Position numbers and translations under genes: made by a program. The notes under the pieces are model-generated. The model was not told where the DNA came from. It made no database searches and saw only the letters and a list, made by a program, of their open reading frames with translations. Positions 24,266 through 34,116 of a stretch of DNA of 64,000 bases are shown here, piece by piece; the stretch's first letter is position 1; each line of letters begins with the position of its first letter. The stretch is from an uncultured Rikenellaceae bacterium (GTDB taxonomy: Bacteria > Bacteroidota > Bacteroidia > Bacteroidales > VadinHA17), in contig CAZMSH010000006.1 of NCBI GenBank assembly GCA_964568875.1, positions 2,905-66,904 of the forward strand, written 5' to 3'.

Positions 24266-25870
24266 ATGAGAGACAGACCGGCCGTAATTGAATTTCCTTT
24301 TTCGAAAGCAGTGAAGGTCCTTATATTCCTTTCACTGGGCTTGCAGCTTATAGTGATTTCACAGATGTACTTCTTCAGGCCCGATATTTTCGGCGACCTG
24401 ACACAGGTTGTGATACGCCTCTTCAGGGGTTTTATTCTGACATTCTCTGCCGGTCTTTTTCTGGTATATCCCTGCATATATTTCATAAGAGTATTGAACA
24501 ACAGGTTGCCATGGAAAGGCAATGCGGGAAAAAGGTTTCTTCTGCAGTTTCCTTTGACGGTGCTGGCAGGTGTTCTTATAACTCCGGTAATACTGTTGCC
24601 CGCTAGTCTGATATTTGGCCTTGAAATCAATCCCGAGCTGATACTCAACAATGCCTATTACCTGGTGCTAATGAATCTCTTCCTGATGCTGATACTTGAG
24701 GGGTTGATATATTTCGAAGAGAATGCCAGGTCGAGGTCTGAAACAGAAAGGCTTCAGCAGGAGCTTCTTAACAAGGCAGAGTTGTCGGTGGCAGAGAGCG
24801 AAAGAAGGTACAGGGAGCTTATGGACTTCCTGCCACAGCCAATTTTTGAGCTTGATATTATGGGCCACATTCTTCTGATCAATAAGGCGGGAAAAGAGTT
24901 TTTAGGTATTACCATACCTGAAGATCCACGTGAAAAGGTCTCCGCGCTTAAGTATATGGCCGATGAGGATGTTCCCAGGGTTATTGAGAACCTGAAGCAA
25001 TCGAACCAGGGATTCAACACCCCGCCAAATGAGTATCATGTTAAGAGGCCTGACGGGTCTCTTTGTCCGGTGCTAATTTACGGTTCCCCCATAATAGCCA
25101 GCAATGAGGTTGTGGGTCGCCGCGGGATAATAATTGACATTTCGGAGAGAAAGAAGCAGGAATTGAAGATAATCAGCGCTAATGAGGAGTTGGAACGGAT
25201 TAACAACAGCCTCGAACAGATAGTTGACGAACGCACCAGGCAGCTAACCGAGGCGAACACCCGGCTGCTCCAGATGCAGAAGGAGAATCTGCAATCGCAG
25301 TTTGAGGTACTTAAGCAACAGGTTAATCCTCATTTCCTGTTCAACAGTCTTAATGTTTTGTCAGGCCTTATAGAAAAAGACCCACTGAAAGCGCAATTAT
25401 TTATCGATGAGTTCTCACAGATATACAGGTATGTGCTTGAGACAATCGAAAAGCCTGTGGTAACCTTGGGCATGGAGCTGGGTTTTGTCCGTTCATACAT
25501 ATTCCTTCAGCAAATAAGGTATGGCGAGAATCTGACTTTTGCAGTGAACCTGGTCTCTGACCTGCTGAAACGTTACATGCCTCCTCTCTCACTGCAGGTG
25601 GTTCTTGAAAATGCAATCAAGCATAATATTGTTAATGAGAGTCAGCCTCTGCACATAAATATTTTTCATGAAGATGATTGTCTCAGGGTCAGCAATAATC
25701 TGCAGCCGAAGATTTCGATGGGAAAAACTACCGGTCTGGGCCAGCAAAATATGATAAAGCGGTATGCTATGATTTCAGAAAAAGTCCCATCTTTCAAGGT
25801 AGTAAATGACCAGTATATTGTTCAACTTCCACTGTTAAATGTCGAAATAGATGAACGCGCTGATAATTGA
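24266..25870 (+). CDS. LytS/YehU-type sensor histidine kinase with PAS domain
   Basis: TM segments, PAS region, and LKQQVNPHFLFNSLN (His_kinase PF06580 signature). ATG at 24266, immediately after GTG at 24263. Confidence 0.85.
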   Translation: MRDRPAVIEFPFSKAVKVLIFLSLGLQLIVISQMYFFRPDIFGDLTQVVIRLFRGFILTFSAGLFLVYPCIYFIRVLNNRLPWKGNAGKRFLLQFPLTVLAGVLITPVILLPASLIFGLEINPELILNNAYYLVLMNLFLMLILEGLIYFEENARSRSETERLQQELLNKAELSVAESERRYRELMDFLPQPIFELDIMGHILLINKAGKEFLGITIPEDPREKVSALKYMADEDVPRVIENLKQSNQGFNTPPNEYHVKRPDGSLCPVLIYGSPIIASNEVVGRRGIIIDISERKKQELKIISANEELERINNSLEQIVDERTRQLTEANTRLLQMQKENLQSQFEVLKQQVNPHFLFNSLNVLSGLIEKDPLKAQLFIDEFSQIYRYVLETIEKPVVTLGMELGFVRSYIFLQQIRYGENLTFAVNLVSDLLKRYMPPLSLQVVLENAIKHNIVNESQPLHINIFHEDDCLRVSNNLQPKISMGKTTGLGQQNMIKRYAMISEKVPSFKVVNDQYIVQLPLLNVEIDERADN

Positions 25871-26606
25871 AGATGAACCCCTGGCAGCCGAGAGACTTGA
25901 GATTCTGCTTGAGGATGTCGATCCGACCATAAAGGTAGTTGCCAAGCCTGGCTCGGTGCGGGAAGCAGTAAAGTGGCTGATGCAGTATCAGGCCGATTTG
26001 ATTTTCCTTGATATTCAGCTTTCAGACGGTATCAGTTTCAGCATATTCGAACAGGTATCGGTATCAACTCCCGTCATTCTGACAACAGCCTACGACCAAT
26101 ATGCCATAAAGGCCTTCCAGGTAAACAGCATTGCCTATCTTCTCAAGCCTGTCAGAAAAAACGACCTTGCAGAGAGCCTGCTTAAACTGCGAAACCTCAA
26201 ATCGGCTTTCGCCATTGACTTTGAAGCATTGCTGTCACAGATACAGGGCAGACAACCTGAATACAAGAAGAGGTTTCTGATTCAGATCGGTGAGAAGATG
26301 AGGAAGATAGAAGTCTCTGACATCGCCTATTTTCACATCTTCGAAAAAGGATGTTACCTGCGCACATTCCAGGGCAATGACTACCCGGTTGAATTCTCAC
26401 TGGACAAGCTGGAATCACTTGTTGATCCGGCACAGTTTTTCAGAATCAACCGCAGGTATCTTGTTAACATGAGTGCTATTTCGAACATGGTTTTATGGTC
26501 TCGAAGCCGTATAAAGCTTGAGCTGAAGCCAAAAGCTGACGATGAATATGATACAATTGTGAGTATCGACCGGTCGTCAGATTTCAGGAAGTGGATGAAC
26601 AGATAG
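25851..26606 (+). CDS. LytTR-family response regulator
   Basis: Receiver domain ALIIEDEPL...DLIFLDIQL. LytTR domain FFRINRRYLVNMSAI. Confidence 0.9.
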   Translation: MNALIIEDEPLAAERLEILLEDVDPTIKVVAKPGSVREAVKWLMQYQADLIFLDIQLSDGISFSIFEQVSVSTPVILTTAYDQYAIKAFQVNSIAYLLKPVRKNDLAESLLKLRNLKSAFAIDFEALLSQIQGRQPEYKKRFLIQIGEKMRKIEVSDIAYFHIFEKGCYLRTFQGNDYPVEFSLDKLESLVDPAQFFRINRRYLVNMSAISNMVLWSRSRIKLELKPKADDEYDTIVSIDRSSDFRKWMNR

Positions 26607-27107
26607 ATGACGATAACTAATTATTTTTCAGGTTTACTACTGGCTGCAATAGTGGTGTCATGCAATGTTGGTGACAATTCTGTGCAGAAACTTGAAGGAG
26701 AAGCAAAAGAGAGCGAGCCACGTTCTTCGGGTACATCGCTTATTGTACTGGGAACTATCCAGGATGCCGGATCGCCTCATATAGGTTGTGACAAGGATTG
26801 CTGCAGGGATCTGTTTGAGAATCCCGATGCGGGACGCAGGGTAGTATCCCTCGGTGTGTACGATGCTCTGACAGGAAAGAAATATCTCTTTGAAGCGACC
26901 CCCGATAAGCCTGAACAGATGAAGGCGCTGAAACGGTTCGGTGCAGAGAGCGGGAGTGGTACCAATAACGAGCTGGCCGACGGTATTTTTATTACACATG
27001 CCCATATTGGTCATTACACCGGATTGATGTACCTGAGTAAGGAGGCAAAGCATGTACTGGAGCTGGGGTTCAGGCTGGCCGGAATAAATGAGGTATTCGG
27101 ATTGTAG
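26607..27107 (+). pseudogene. Half-length, in-frame internally deleted copy of the MBL-fold gene at 28539..29537
   Basis: Residues 1-~143 align with the N-terminus and the last ~20 residues with the C-terminus of the 332-aa paralog. 166 codons are missing. The same AGGCACTCGCTT follows both stop codons. Confidence 0.7.
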
Positions 27108-27150
27108 AGGCACTCGCTTCGCTCATGCCGCACAGAGCGCTGGGTGAACT

Positions 27151-28266
27151 CTATGTCTCAGACAGAAGATTAAACAGGTCGATATTCAGGTAGACTATCT
27201 CCTTACCAATCTTCTGGGATGTCAGAATTCCAATGGCTTCCATTTGACCCATGTATTTCTTTGCTGTGTTAAGGCTCTTAATATCATAACCTATTAGCTT
27301 TTTAGGGCTTATATAGGGCTGTTCGAATATTTTTTCAACTGTCTCCTTACTAATATGTGGCAATTTCTTCCTGACCAGATCACAAGTCCTGTTAAACAAA
27401 TTATCTATTTCTGTGACTCTTTTAATTGTGTAGATTGATGTCTCCTCTACAGCCTTCAACATGTAAAGAATCCACTCTCTCCATCTTCCCAAAGTTGTTA
27501 CATTATTCAGCAGATAATAATAGTCGTCCTTATTCTCAATAATGTAGGCACTTAAGTATAGTATAGGCAAATCCAGCAGGTTCTTTTGAATCAGGAGCAG
27601 CAGGCTCAATATCCTTCCTGCTCTGCCATTGCCATCCCTGAATGGATGAATTGCCTCAAACTGGTAATGGGAAACTGCCAGTTTTATCAATGGGTCATAA
27701 GAGAACTTTGAATCATCATTTATATAGGAGACGAGATTGATCAGCTTGTCCTGAATCACAGTCTCACCACGAGGAGGGGTATAAACCACAGTTCCTCCAA
27801 GAATCCCACTACCTCTCTTCTTTATTACGGTTTCTGTATGGGGGGGGCGTATGCCATCTCTAACATCTATAATATTCTGATATATTGTGACAAACAGATC
27901 TATATTGAAATCTCTGGTTGATTTTACCTCGTTGAAGCCTGACCACAGCGCCTGCCGATATCTTAATACTTCCTTTGCATTACCCTTTAATTCATTTTCC
28001 TCACCAGAAAGGGCCTTATATAGCTCATCATCTGTAGTGAAAATATTTTCGATACCTGTACTCGCCTTGGCTTCCCTAAGGCTAATTGTATTGACAAGCA
28101 TCGATTGATTTGGTAGTGTTTTAGCCAGGCCTTTTAGCTCTGCCAAAGCCCTGTTTGCAGTAATGGCTGCATTAAGAATCTCTACAGTCATTACCTTCCC
28201 GTCCGGAGGAGGAAGAAGAGGTAGCTCATTGTAAGGTCGGTTACGATCGTATGGTGGTTTTGACAT
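27151..28266 (-). CDS. Fic/DOC family protein (AMPylase-type)
   Basis: Fic motif HPFRDGNGRAGR. 371 aa with an N-terminal Fic_N-like region and a C-terminal extension. Confidence 0.9.
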   Translation of the reverse strand: MSKPPYDRNRPYNELPLLPPPDGKVMTVEILNAAITANRALAELKGLAKTLPNQSMLVNTISLREAKASTGIENIFTTDDELYKALSGEENELKGNAKEVLRYRQALWSGFNEVKSTRDFNIDLFVTIYQNIIDVRDGIRPPHTETVIKKRGSGILGGTVVYTPPRGETVIQDKLINLVSYINDDSKFSYDPLIKLAVSHYQFEAIHPFRDGNGRAGRILSLLLLIQKNLLDLPILYLSAYIIENKDDYYYLLNNVTTLGRWREWILYMLKAVEETSIYTIKRVTEIDNLFNRTCDLVRKKLPHISKETVEKIFEQPYISPKKLIGYDIKSLNTAKKYMGQMEAIGILTSQKIGKEIVYLNIDLFNLLSET

Positions 28267-28279
28267 TTAAAATAACTTT

Positions 28280-28413
28280 TGTCAAATATAGCTATTATTT
28301 GACACTTATAATCAATTTCTATCAATTTTTGCACAATTCTGACACCTTATTGCAATATATCTATGATTTGACAGAAAACCCAACAAGTGTCAAAATATTG
28401 TATTTTTTGACAC
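28280..28413. promoter_or_regulatory. Array of TTTGACA(C)/GTGTCAAA inverted repeats upstream of fic
   Basis: Near-palindrome TGTCAAATATAGCTATTATTTGACA at 28280..28304. TTTGACA at 28367..28373. TGTCAAA at 28388..28394. TTTGACA at 28406..28412. Confidence 0.5.
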
Positions 28414-28538
28414 TTACTAAAGAGAAGCGAATTGGATGTTGGGATGGAAGGGTTCAGCACTTTGTCAGTCTGATTGGGGGCAATGGTATCGCTATATTTT
28501 GTTCTTTTGTATGTCAATAATGTTAAAAGAACAGATTT

Positions 28539-29537
28539 ATGACAAAATGGGGTTCCATTGTTAGTTTGATTGTTGCTGCAATAGTGGTGTCATGCAATGT
28601 TGGTGACAAGTCAGTGCAGACTGACGCTGCTGAAGGAAAGGGGAAGAAGGTCAGCTTATCGGGCACTTCGCTTATTGTACTGGGAACTATCCAGGATGCC
28701 GGATCGCCTCATATAGGCTGCAGCAAGGAGTGTTGTGCCGATCTCTTTGAGAATCCCGATCCGGGACGCAGGGTAGTATCCCTCGGTGTGTATGATGCGA
28801 AAACAGGGAAAAAATACCTCTTTGAAGCGACCCCCGATATGCCTGAACAGATGAAGGCGCTGAAACGGTTCGCAGCGGAGAGCGGGAGTGGTACCAATAA
28901 CGAGCTGGCTGATGGCATCTTTATTACCCATGCCCATATCGGTCATTATACAGGACTGATGTACCTGGGCAAGGAGGCGATTAACTCACGCGGCGTGCCT
29001 GTGTTCGCCATGCCGGGCATGCACGGTTTTCTGGAGGCCAATGCACCCTGGAGCGAGCTTGTCAAAAACGGCAATATCAGTCAGGTTATGCTTGAGGAAG
29101 ATGTTCCGCTCAGGCTCTCCGACAGCCTGACAGTAACGCCGTTCCTGGTTCCCCACAGGGATGAACTTTCAGAGACGGTCGGTTTTATAATAGAAGGCCC
29201 CCGCAAGAAGGTGCTTTTCATTACCGACATAGATAAATGGCACCATTGGGACAGGAGCATAATTGATGAAATACGCAAGGTTGACTATGCATTTCTTGAT
29301 GCAACCTTCTACAGCGGAGAGGAGATCAACCGTTCTGATATTTCGCAGATACCCCACCCTTTTATTGTTGAGAGCCTGGAGTTATTCAGTGAGCTCAACA
29401 TGGAAGAGAGGAAAAAAGTATACTTCATCCATTTCAACCATACCAATCCGGTTCTCGACAGCAGCAGCAAGGAGTACAGCCATGTGCTTAAGCAGGGATT
29501 CCGGATAGCAGCAATTAACGACGTCTTCGGGCTGTAG
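28539..29537 (+). CDS. MBL-fold metallo-hydrolase (PqqB-like), lipoprotein
   Basis: Lipobox VVSC, ITHAHIGHYTG metal motif, 332 aa. Confidence 0.75.
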   Translation: MTKWGSIVSLIVAAIVVSCNVGDKSVQTDAAEGKGKKVSLSGTSLIVLGTIQDAGSPHIGCSKECCADLFENPDPGRRVVSLGVYDAKTGKKYLFEATPDMPEQMKALKRFAAESGSGTNNELADGIFITHAHIGHYTGLMYLGKEAINSRGVPVFAMPGMHGFLEANAPWSELVKNGNISQVMLEEDVPLRLSDSLTVTPFLVPHRDELSETVGFIIEGPRKKVLFITDIDKWHHWDRSIIDEIRKVDYAFLDATFYSGEEINRSDISQIPHPFIVESLELFSELNMEERKKVYFIHFNHTNPVLDSSSKEYSHVLKQGFRIAAINDVFGL

Positions 29538-29724
29538 AGGCACTCGCTTGGCTTTGTGGCGAAGAGTAAAGCAGATTTCCGATATCATCTTCGCGTTGAT
29601 TATCTCCCTGCCGGTCGAAAGCTGATGTTTGGGCAGGGCACTGGGGATTTCATTCCTATAATATTATAATATTTCGGGATTTAGTTCCTTATAATTGCTA
29701 TATTTGTAAAAATACTACACAATA

Positions 29725-30846
29725 ATGATAGAAAGAGTTCTGTTAAGTCAAATTTCGGAAGCTTTATTCAAGGGCAAGGTTATTCTGTTGTTTGGGCCTC
29801 GCCAGACTGGAAAAACCACAATAATCCGTGAGTTGTTGAAAGATTATCCTGACTCATCGCTCCTTTTGAATGCTGATGATCCTACTGTCAGACGGATTTT
29901 GGATACACCAAATACTCAGCAACTACGTCAGATTATCGGAGGCTATAAGATTGTATTTGTTGATGAGGCTCAACAGATTAACTCGATAGGCAAAACGGCA
30001 AAGTTATTGGTTGACACCTTCAGTGGAGTTCAACTGATTTTGAGCGGCTCTTCCTCTTTCGATCTTGCCTCCGCGACGCAGGAGCCACTTACAGGCAGAA
30101 AACGAACCTTCTTTATGTTTCCGGTTTCGTGGATGGAATGGCAAAATCATACAGGGTTTGTCAGGGCAGAGCAGGATCTGGAAAACAGGCTGGTATTCGG
30201 CATGTATCCCGATGTGCTTAACAATCCTGAACAACAGGAGGTTGTTCTACGGGAAATCGCCGACAGCTATCTGTACAAGGATGTACTGCTTTATGGAAAT
30301 CTGAAGAAACCTGATGAAATAAGGAATCTGTTGCAAGCTATTGCTTTTCAGGTCGGCAATGAAGTTTCATATAGTGAACTGGGCCAGATTACCGGTCTTG
30401 ATCCTAAAACTACAGAGCGATACATCAGTATATTGGAAAAGGCCTTCATCGTTTTTCGGTTAGGCTCATTCAGCCGGAATCTTAGAAACGAAATCAGGAC
30501 AGGCAGAAAAATCTACTTCTACGACAATGGAATACGGAATGCTGTAATTGGTCAGTTTCAGCCTTTATCTGTCAGGCAGGATACAGGTGCATTATGGGAG
30601 AATTTCATCATCTGTGAACGAAAAAAACGGAATGCTTACCAGCTTCATTTTGCCAATACGTTCTTCTGGAGAACCACACAACAACAAGAAGTTGATTACA
30701 TTGAAGAGTATAACGGTCAGCTGGCAGCTTATGAAATAAAACATAATGAAAAACGAAAAATCAAGATTCCAAAGACCTTTACCAATACATATAATGCTAA
30801 TATAGGTGTTGTTAACAGAATGAATTTCAGGGATTTTCTCCTTTAG
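29725..30846 (+). CDS. P-loop ATPase, AAA_14/DUF4143-like, paralog 3
   Basis: GPRQTGKTT, VFVDEAQ, C-terminal EVDYIE...AAYEIKHN (D...ExK). Confidence 0.8.
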   Translation: MIERVLLSQISEALFKGKVILLFGPRQTGKTTIIRELLKDYPDSSLLLNADDPTVRRILDTPNTQQLRQIIGGYKIVFVDEAQQINSIGKTAKLLVDTFSGVQLILSGSSSFDLASATQEPLTGRKRTFFMFPVSWMEWQNHTGFVRAEQDLENRLVFGMYPDVLNNPEQQEVVLREIADSYLYKDVLLYGNLKKPDEIRNLLQAIAFQVGNEVSYSELGQITGLDPKTTERYISILEKAFIVFRLGSFSRNLRNEIRTGRKIYFYDNGIRNAVIGQFQPLSVRQDTGALWENFIICERKKRNAYQLHFANTFFWRTTQQQEVDYIEEYNGQLAAYEIKHNEKRKIKIPKTFTNTYNANIGVVNRMNFRDFLL

Positions 30847-30917
30847 AAAATTGTTAACAAACCCGAATTCTATGATTCTGCCATGCTGCTCTACGCGGAT
30901 GCCTCAGGGCACCGGGC

Positions 30918-31691
30918 TCAACGCTTCCTTCCTATAAAGAAGGTGTAGCCGTAGTGTTCACCGTACCGCGAGAACAAGTCTGCCTCGTGGCGCATGTTGG
31001 CAATGAAATCCTCAGCTGTCTTATTGCCATGATGTTTTGCCAGGAACCGTTCCTGTACAGGCGGCTGTGGTGCGAAGTACTCTTCGCTCCAGCACTCCGG
31101 TGGCAGAATAAATGCAGCAACCGGAATATATCCGCAATGCTGCAGTTTTGCCATCTGATTAGGAACTGTATCGATATCAGGGTACTCCGAATTCCAGAAA
31201 TCCTCTGCCTCCTTTGGCCTCTCATCAGTAAACCATGAAGCCTCTGAGACGGCGATGTAACCACCGGGTTTCAGAAAACGCCGCCATTCTGTAAGTCCGC
31301 GCTCAAAGCCGATGTTGTAGATGGCCCCCTCTGACCAGATAAGGTCGAGCGACTCATTGTCGAATGTTAGCTTCGCCATGTCGCCTGTAATACCCTTAAC
31401 CCTGTCGCCAAGACCCAGTTGCTCAGCGTTCCGGTTGAAGATTTTTATAAAATCGGGAAAGAGGTCGACCCCGGTTATTTGTCCGGGTGCGTTCTGTGCC
31501 AGCACCATCGTCTGACCCCCGGTTCCGCAGCCAATGTCGGCTATGCTTGACTTTTCAGAGAGGTTGTCAATGAAGCTCAGCGCCCGAAGAGTTGATTCGC
31601 GGCTGCCAGGGCCCTGTCGTTCAAGCATTGAGAAATATTCGCAGATAAGAGAAAAATCGAATTCGTGTATTGATTTAGTTTCGTCGTTCAT
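30918..31691 (-). CDS. Class I SAM-dependent methyltransferase
   Basis: Motif [11 protein letters not shown]. 257 aa. Confidence 0.85.
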   Translation of the reverse strand: MNDETKSIHEFDFSLICEYFSMLERQGPGSRESTLRALSFIDNLSEKSSIADIGCGTGGQTMVLAQNAPGQITGVDLFPDFIKIFNRNAEQLGLGDRVKGITGDMAKLTFDNESLDLIWSEGAIYNIGFERGLTEWRRFLKPGGYIAVSEASWFTDERPKEAEDFWNSEYPDIDTVPNQMAKLQHCGYIPVAAFILPPECWSEEYFAPQPPVQERFLAKHHGNKTAEDFIANMRHEADLFSRYGEHYGYTFFIGRKR

Positions 31692-31861
31692 GATGTTTAT
31701 TATTAAATTATTATGGTATATAAGTAACTAAAAGGCTCCGGCGGTATTGCCGGGCCCTGGCGGGATACAACCTGTAGCCTGGCCACGGGTTGCTTACATT
31801 ACAAGATCCGAAACGTTAATAAACATCCAAAAGTGTTAGCGGGACAAAGATAGGAAAAAAA

Positions 31862-32072
31862 AGGTAACGGGGATGCTCCCACTCGGTCGCGAGCTCGACC
31901 GTCAGGCCGGTCTCGGTTCAGGTATCGGGTAAAGGAGAACTGGGAACGGGAAAAGGGGTGCATGTGGCAAAAGGGTAATCGGTGATCGGTAATCGGTACC
32001 AATTCGCAGCGCAGGCGAAGCGAAGCGTAGTACCGTACCGAAGGTCGGGAGTAAAGGGTCGCGGGTGTTGTG
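31862..32072. repeat. Mosaic repeat locus L10 (M2, GGTAATC units, M5 module)
   Basis: M2 at 31874..31918. GGTAATCGGTGATCGGTAATCGG. M5 GCGAAGCGTAGTACCGTACCGAAGGTCGGGAG at 32020..32051. Confidence 0.85.
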
Positions 32073-32269
32073 GAACATATTCTGAATACAGTTTTGTGAT
32101 GCCAACATGGCACAAGAATTGTTTACCCGACAATGAAGGGCCCATAAGCATCTGAGGATGCATAATTCAATGTGTTAAACAATAAAACTCATGAAGTTTA
32201 ACTAAATGTATTTTGAATTCTCAGGGAGTGTTTCAATTAATACTTGTATAAAGTCAAAAAATAAGAGTT

Positions 32270-32890
32270 ATGAAAGCATTTAAAACCTTAATATCAATTG
32301 CAGTCCTGGCAATTAGCATTACCGGATGCACAACGATAAAGCAACTGGGTTACTTTCAGGTAGATCCCTATGCAAAGCCCCTTGACACAAAAATTGAAGT
32401 TCCAATCACAATCGTCTTAATGGACGATGTCAAAGACAGCCTTACCGTATGGGGTGTTGGAGTAAAGTCAATGGATGTCAGCGATTTCAGGCGCTCTGTA
32501 GCTGTAAGTATTGAGAACACCGTAGGCAGGAATTTTGACAATGTCATTATTGCGGATAAAAAACCGGATAACGGATTAGTTCTGGTCATATACCGTGTCA
32601 GACCATTTTGGTTTATTAACAGCCGGTCGTCTTCGACTCAAGGCACAGGGGATAACGTCTATTCCACAACAAAAGCCTTAATCGCTGCGGCCTTTCAATA
32701 TGAAACCAGCCTGTTTTACAACGGCGAAAAGCTCTCTGATGCAGATTCGACAATACATAGTGATGATCAGATGTCTGTAATCGGCCAGGCTCATTATGTA
32801 TTTAAGAGCGGTGTTACCAAAATGTGTGAAACCATATATCGGGATCTTTTTACCAACGATGTGATAAGAAAGATTACGATGACAAGATAG
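32270..32890 (+). CDS. Hypothetical lipoprotein
   Basis: Lipobox ISITGC. No recognised family. Confidence 0.6.
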   Translation: MKAFKTLISIAVLAISITGCTTIKQLGYFQVDPYAKPLDTKIEVPITIVLMDDVKDSLTVWGVGVKSMDVSDFRRSVAVSIENTVGRNFDNVIIADKKPDNGLVLVIYRVRPFWFINSRSSSTQGTGDNVYSTTKALIAAAFQYETSLFYNGEKLSDADSTIHSDDQMSVIGQAHYVFKSGVTKMCETIYRDLFTNDVIRKITMTR

Positions 32891-33107
32891 TTTCACTAAT
32901 CAGCTCCAATTATAAAGGTTTAGCCATAGAAGCAGCCGCTCGCAAATTGTCCTTTTTCTTACGTCAAAACAAAGGAAAGCAATAAGCATGTCAAGAACCG
33001 TGGTGTGAACCTTGGGCGCGATGCAGCGGGTTCGCGCCCTATTCTATTATAAACATTGATTGTTTTACATGGTCTGCTGTTATATTTTTGCAGGAAACTT
33101 CTGAATC

Positions 33108-33983
33108 ATGACTGCAAAGACGATTATTGACACTGCCAGGCCTTATCTGACAATTGCCTTCGGGCTATTGGTATTTTCTATTGCCTGGACTGCCTTCCTG
33201 CTGCCACATCAGATTTCGGGCAGCGGCGTCTCAGGTATCGGAGCTATAGTCTACTACGCCACGGGAATACCAATGGGTTACACTTATTTCGCCATCAATG
33301 CCATATTCCTGGCTGTGGCTATGAAGATTCTCGGTACCGGCTTCGGCATTAAGACCATATACGGTATTGCCCTGGGGGCAGCAATGTTGTCGGTATTACA
33401 ACCGCTAATTCCTGATCAGGTGGTAGGCGAAAAGTTTATGTCGGCAATTATAGGGGGTAGTTTATGCGGAGTTGGCGTGGGAATAATTTTTACCCAGGGC
33501 GGCAGCGCCGGGGGAACGGACATCATAGCCATGATAGTAACAAAATACCGAAATATCAGTCCGGGCAGGGTGATACTTTTATGTGACGTGGTGATAATAA
33601 GCTCTTCGTATGTTATCCTTACTCACCTGGAAACCGCACAGCGGATTGAGACCATGGTCTACGGCTTTGTGACCATGGCAATACAGGCATATACCATTGA
33701 TGCTGTGCTATCTGGCAACAGACAATCGGTTCAGATTTTTATTTTCTCACAGCTATACGAACAGATCGCTGACCAGATAACCACAAAAATAAGACGAGGA
33801 GTTACCGTTATTGAAGGTACGGGATGGTATACCCGCGAAAAACAAAAAGTAATTGTAACACTTGTAAGAAAACAGGAGGCGAGTGACCTGTACAGGATAG
33901 TAAAGAACATCGACAGAGATGCCTTTATCACAGTTGCCAACGTAATGGGGGTCTATGGTAAAGGGTTCGAGGAGATAAAATAG
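33108..33983 (+). CDS. YitT-family membrane protein (DUF2179 C-terminal domain)
   Basis: Five TM segments plus a C-terminal soluble domain ...GVTVIEGTGWYT...ITVANVMGVYGKGF. Confidence 0.8.
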   Translation: MTAKTIIDTARPYLTIAFGLLVFSIAWTAFLLPHQISGSGVSGIGAIVYYATGIPMGYTYFAINAIFLAVAMKILGTGFGIKTIYGIALGAAMLSVLQPLIPDQVVGEKFMSAIIGGSLCGVGVGIIFTQGGSAGGTDIIAMIVTKYRNISPGRVILLCDVVIISSSYVILTHLETAQRIETMVYGFVTMAIQAYTIDAVLSGNRQSVQIFIFSQLYEQIADQITTKIRRGVTVIEGTGWYTREKQKVIVTLVRKQEASDLYRIVKNIDRDAFITVANVMGVYGKGFEEIK

Positions 33984-34061
33984 CAGGTTACCATACAAAA
34001 ATAATGCTGTCAACAATAAAAAAAGCTTTACGGATGACCCCCCACGGGGTATATAAGTATC

Positions 34062-34097
34062 AAAAAAAACTCCCTGAATAAACCAGGGAGCTTTTTA
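34062..34097. terminator. Bidirectional rho-independent terminator
   Basis: A-run, CTCCCTG-aataaac-CAGGGAG, then a T-run. It lies between convergent yitT-like and fasciclin genes. Confidence 0.7.
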
Positions 34098-34116
34098 AGA
34101 TTAGTACACCGGGAAT

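Noticed and set aside
26658-27113. 151-aa minus-strand ORF across the truncated MBL copy, and 28656-28946 across the full copy.
   Set aside because: The antisense ORF is conserved only because the sense-strand gene is duplicated.
28280-28413. Reading the TTGACA motifs as sigma70 -35 boxes.
   Set aside because: The other promoter-like elements in this window fit the Bacteroidota TAnnTTTG type. The motifs occur as inverted pairs in both orientations, which fits operators better. It is left as a caveat in the finding.
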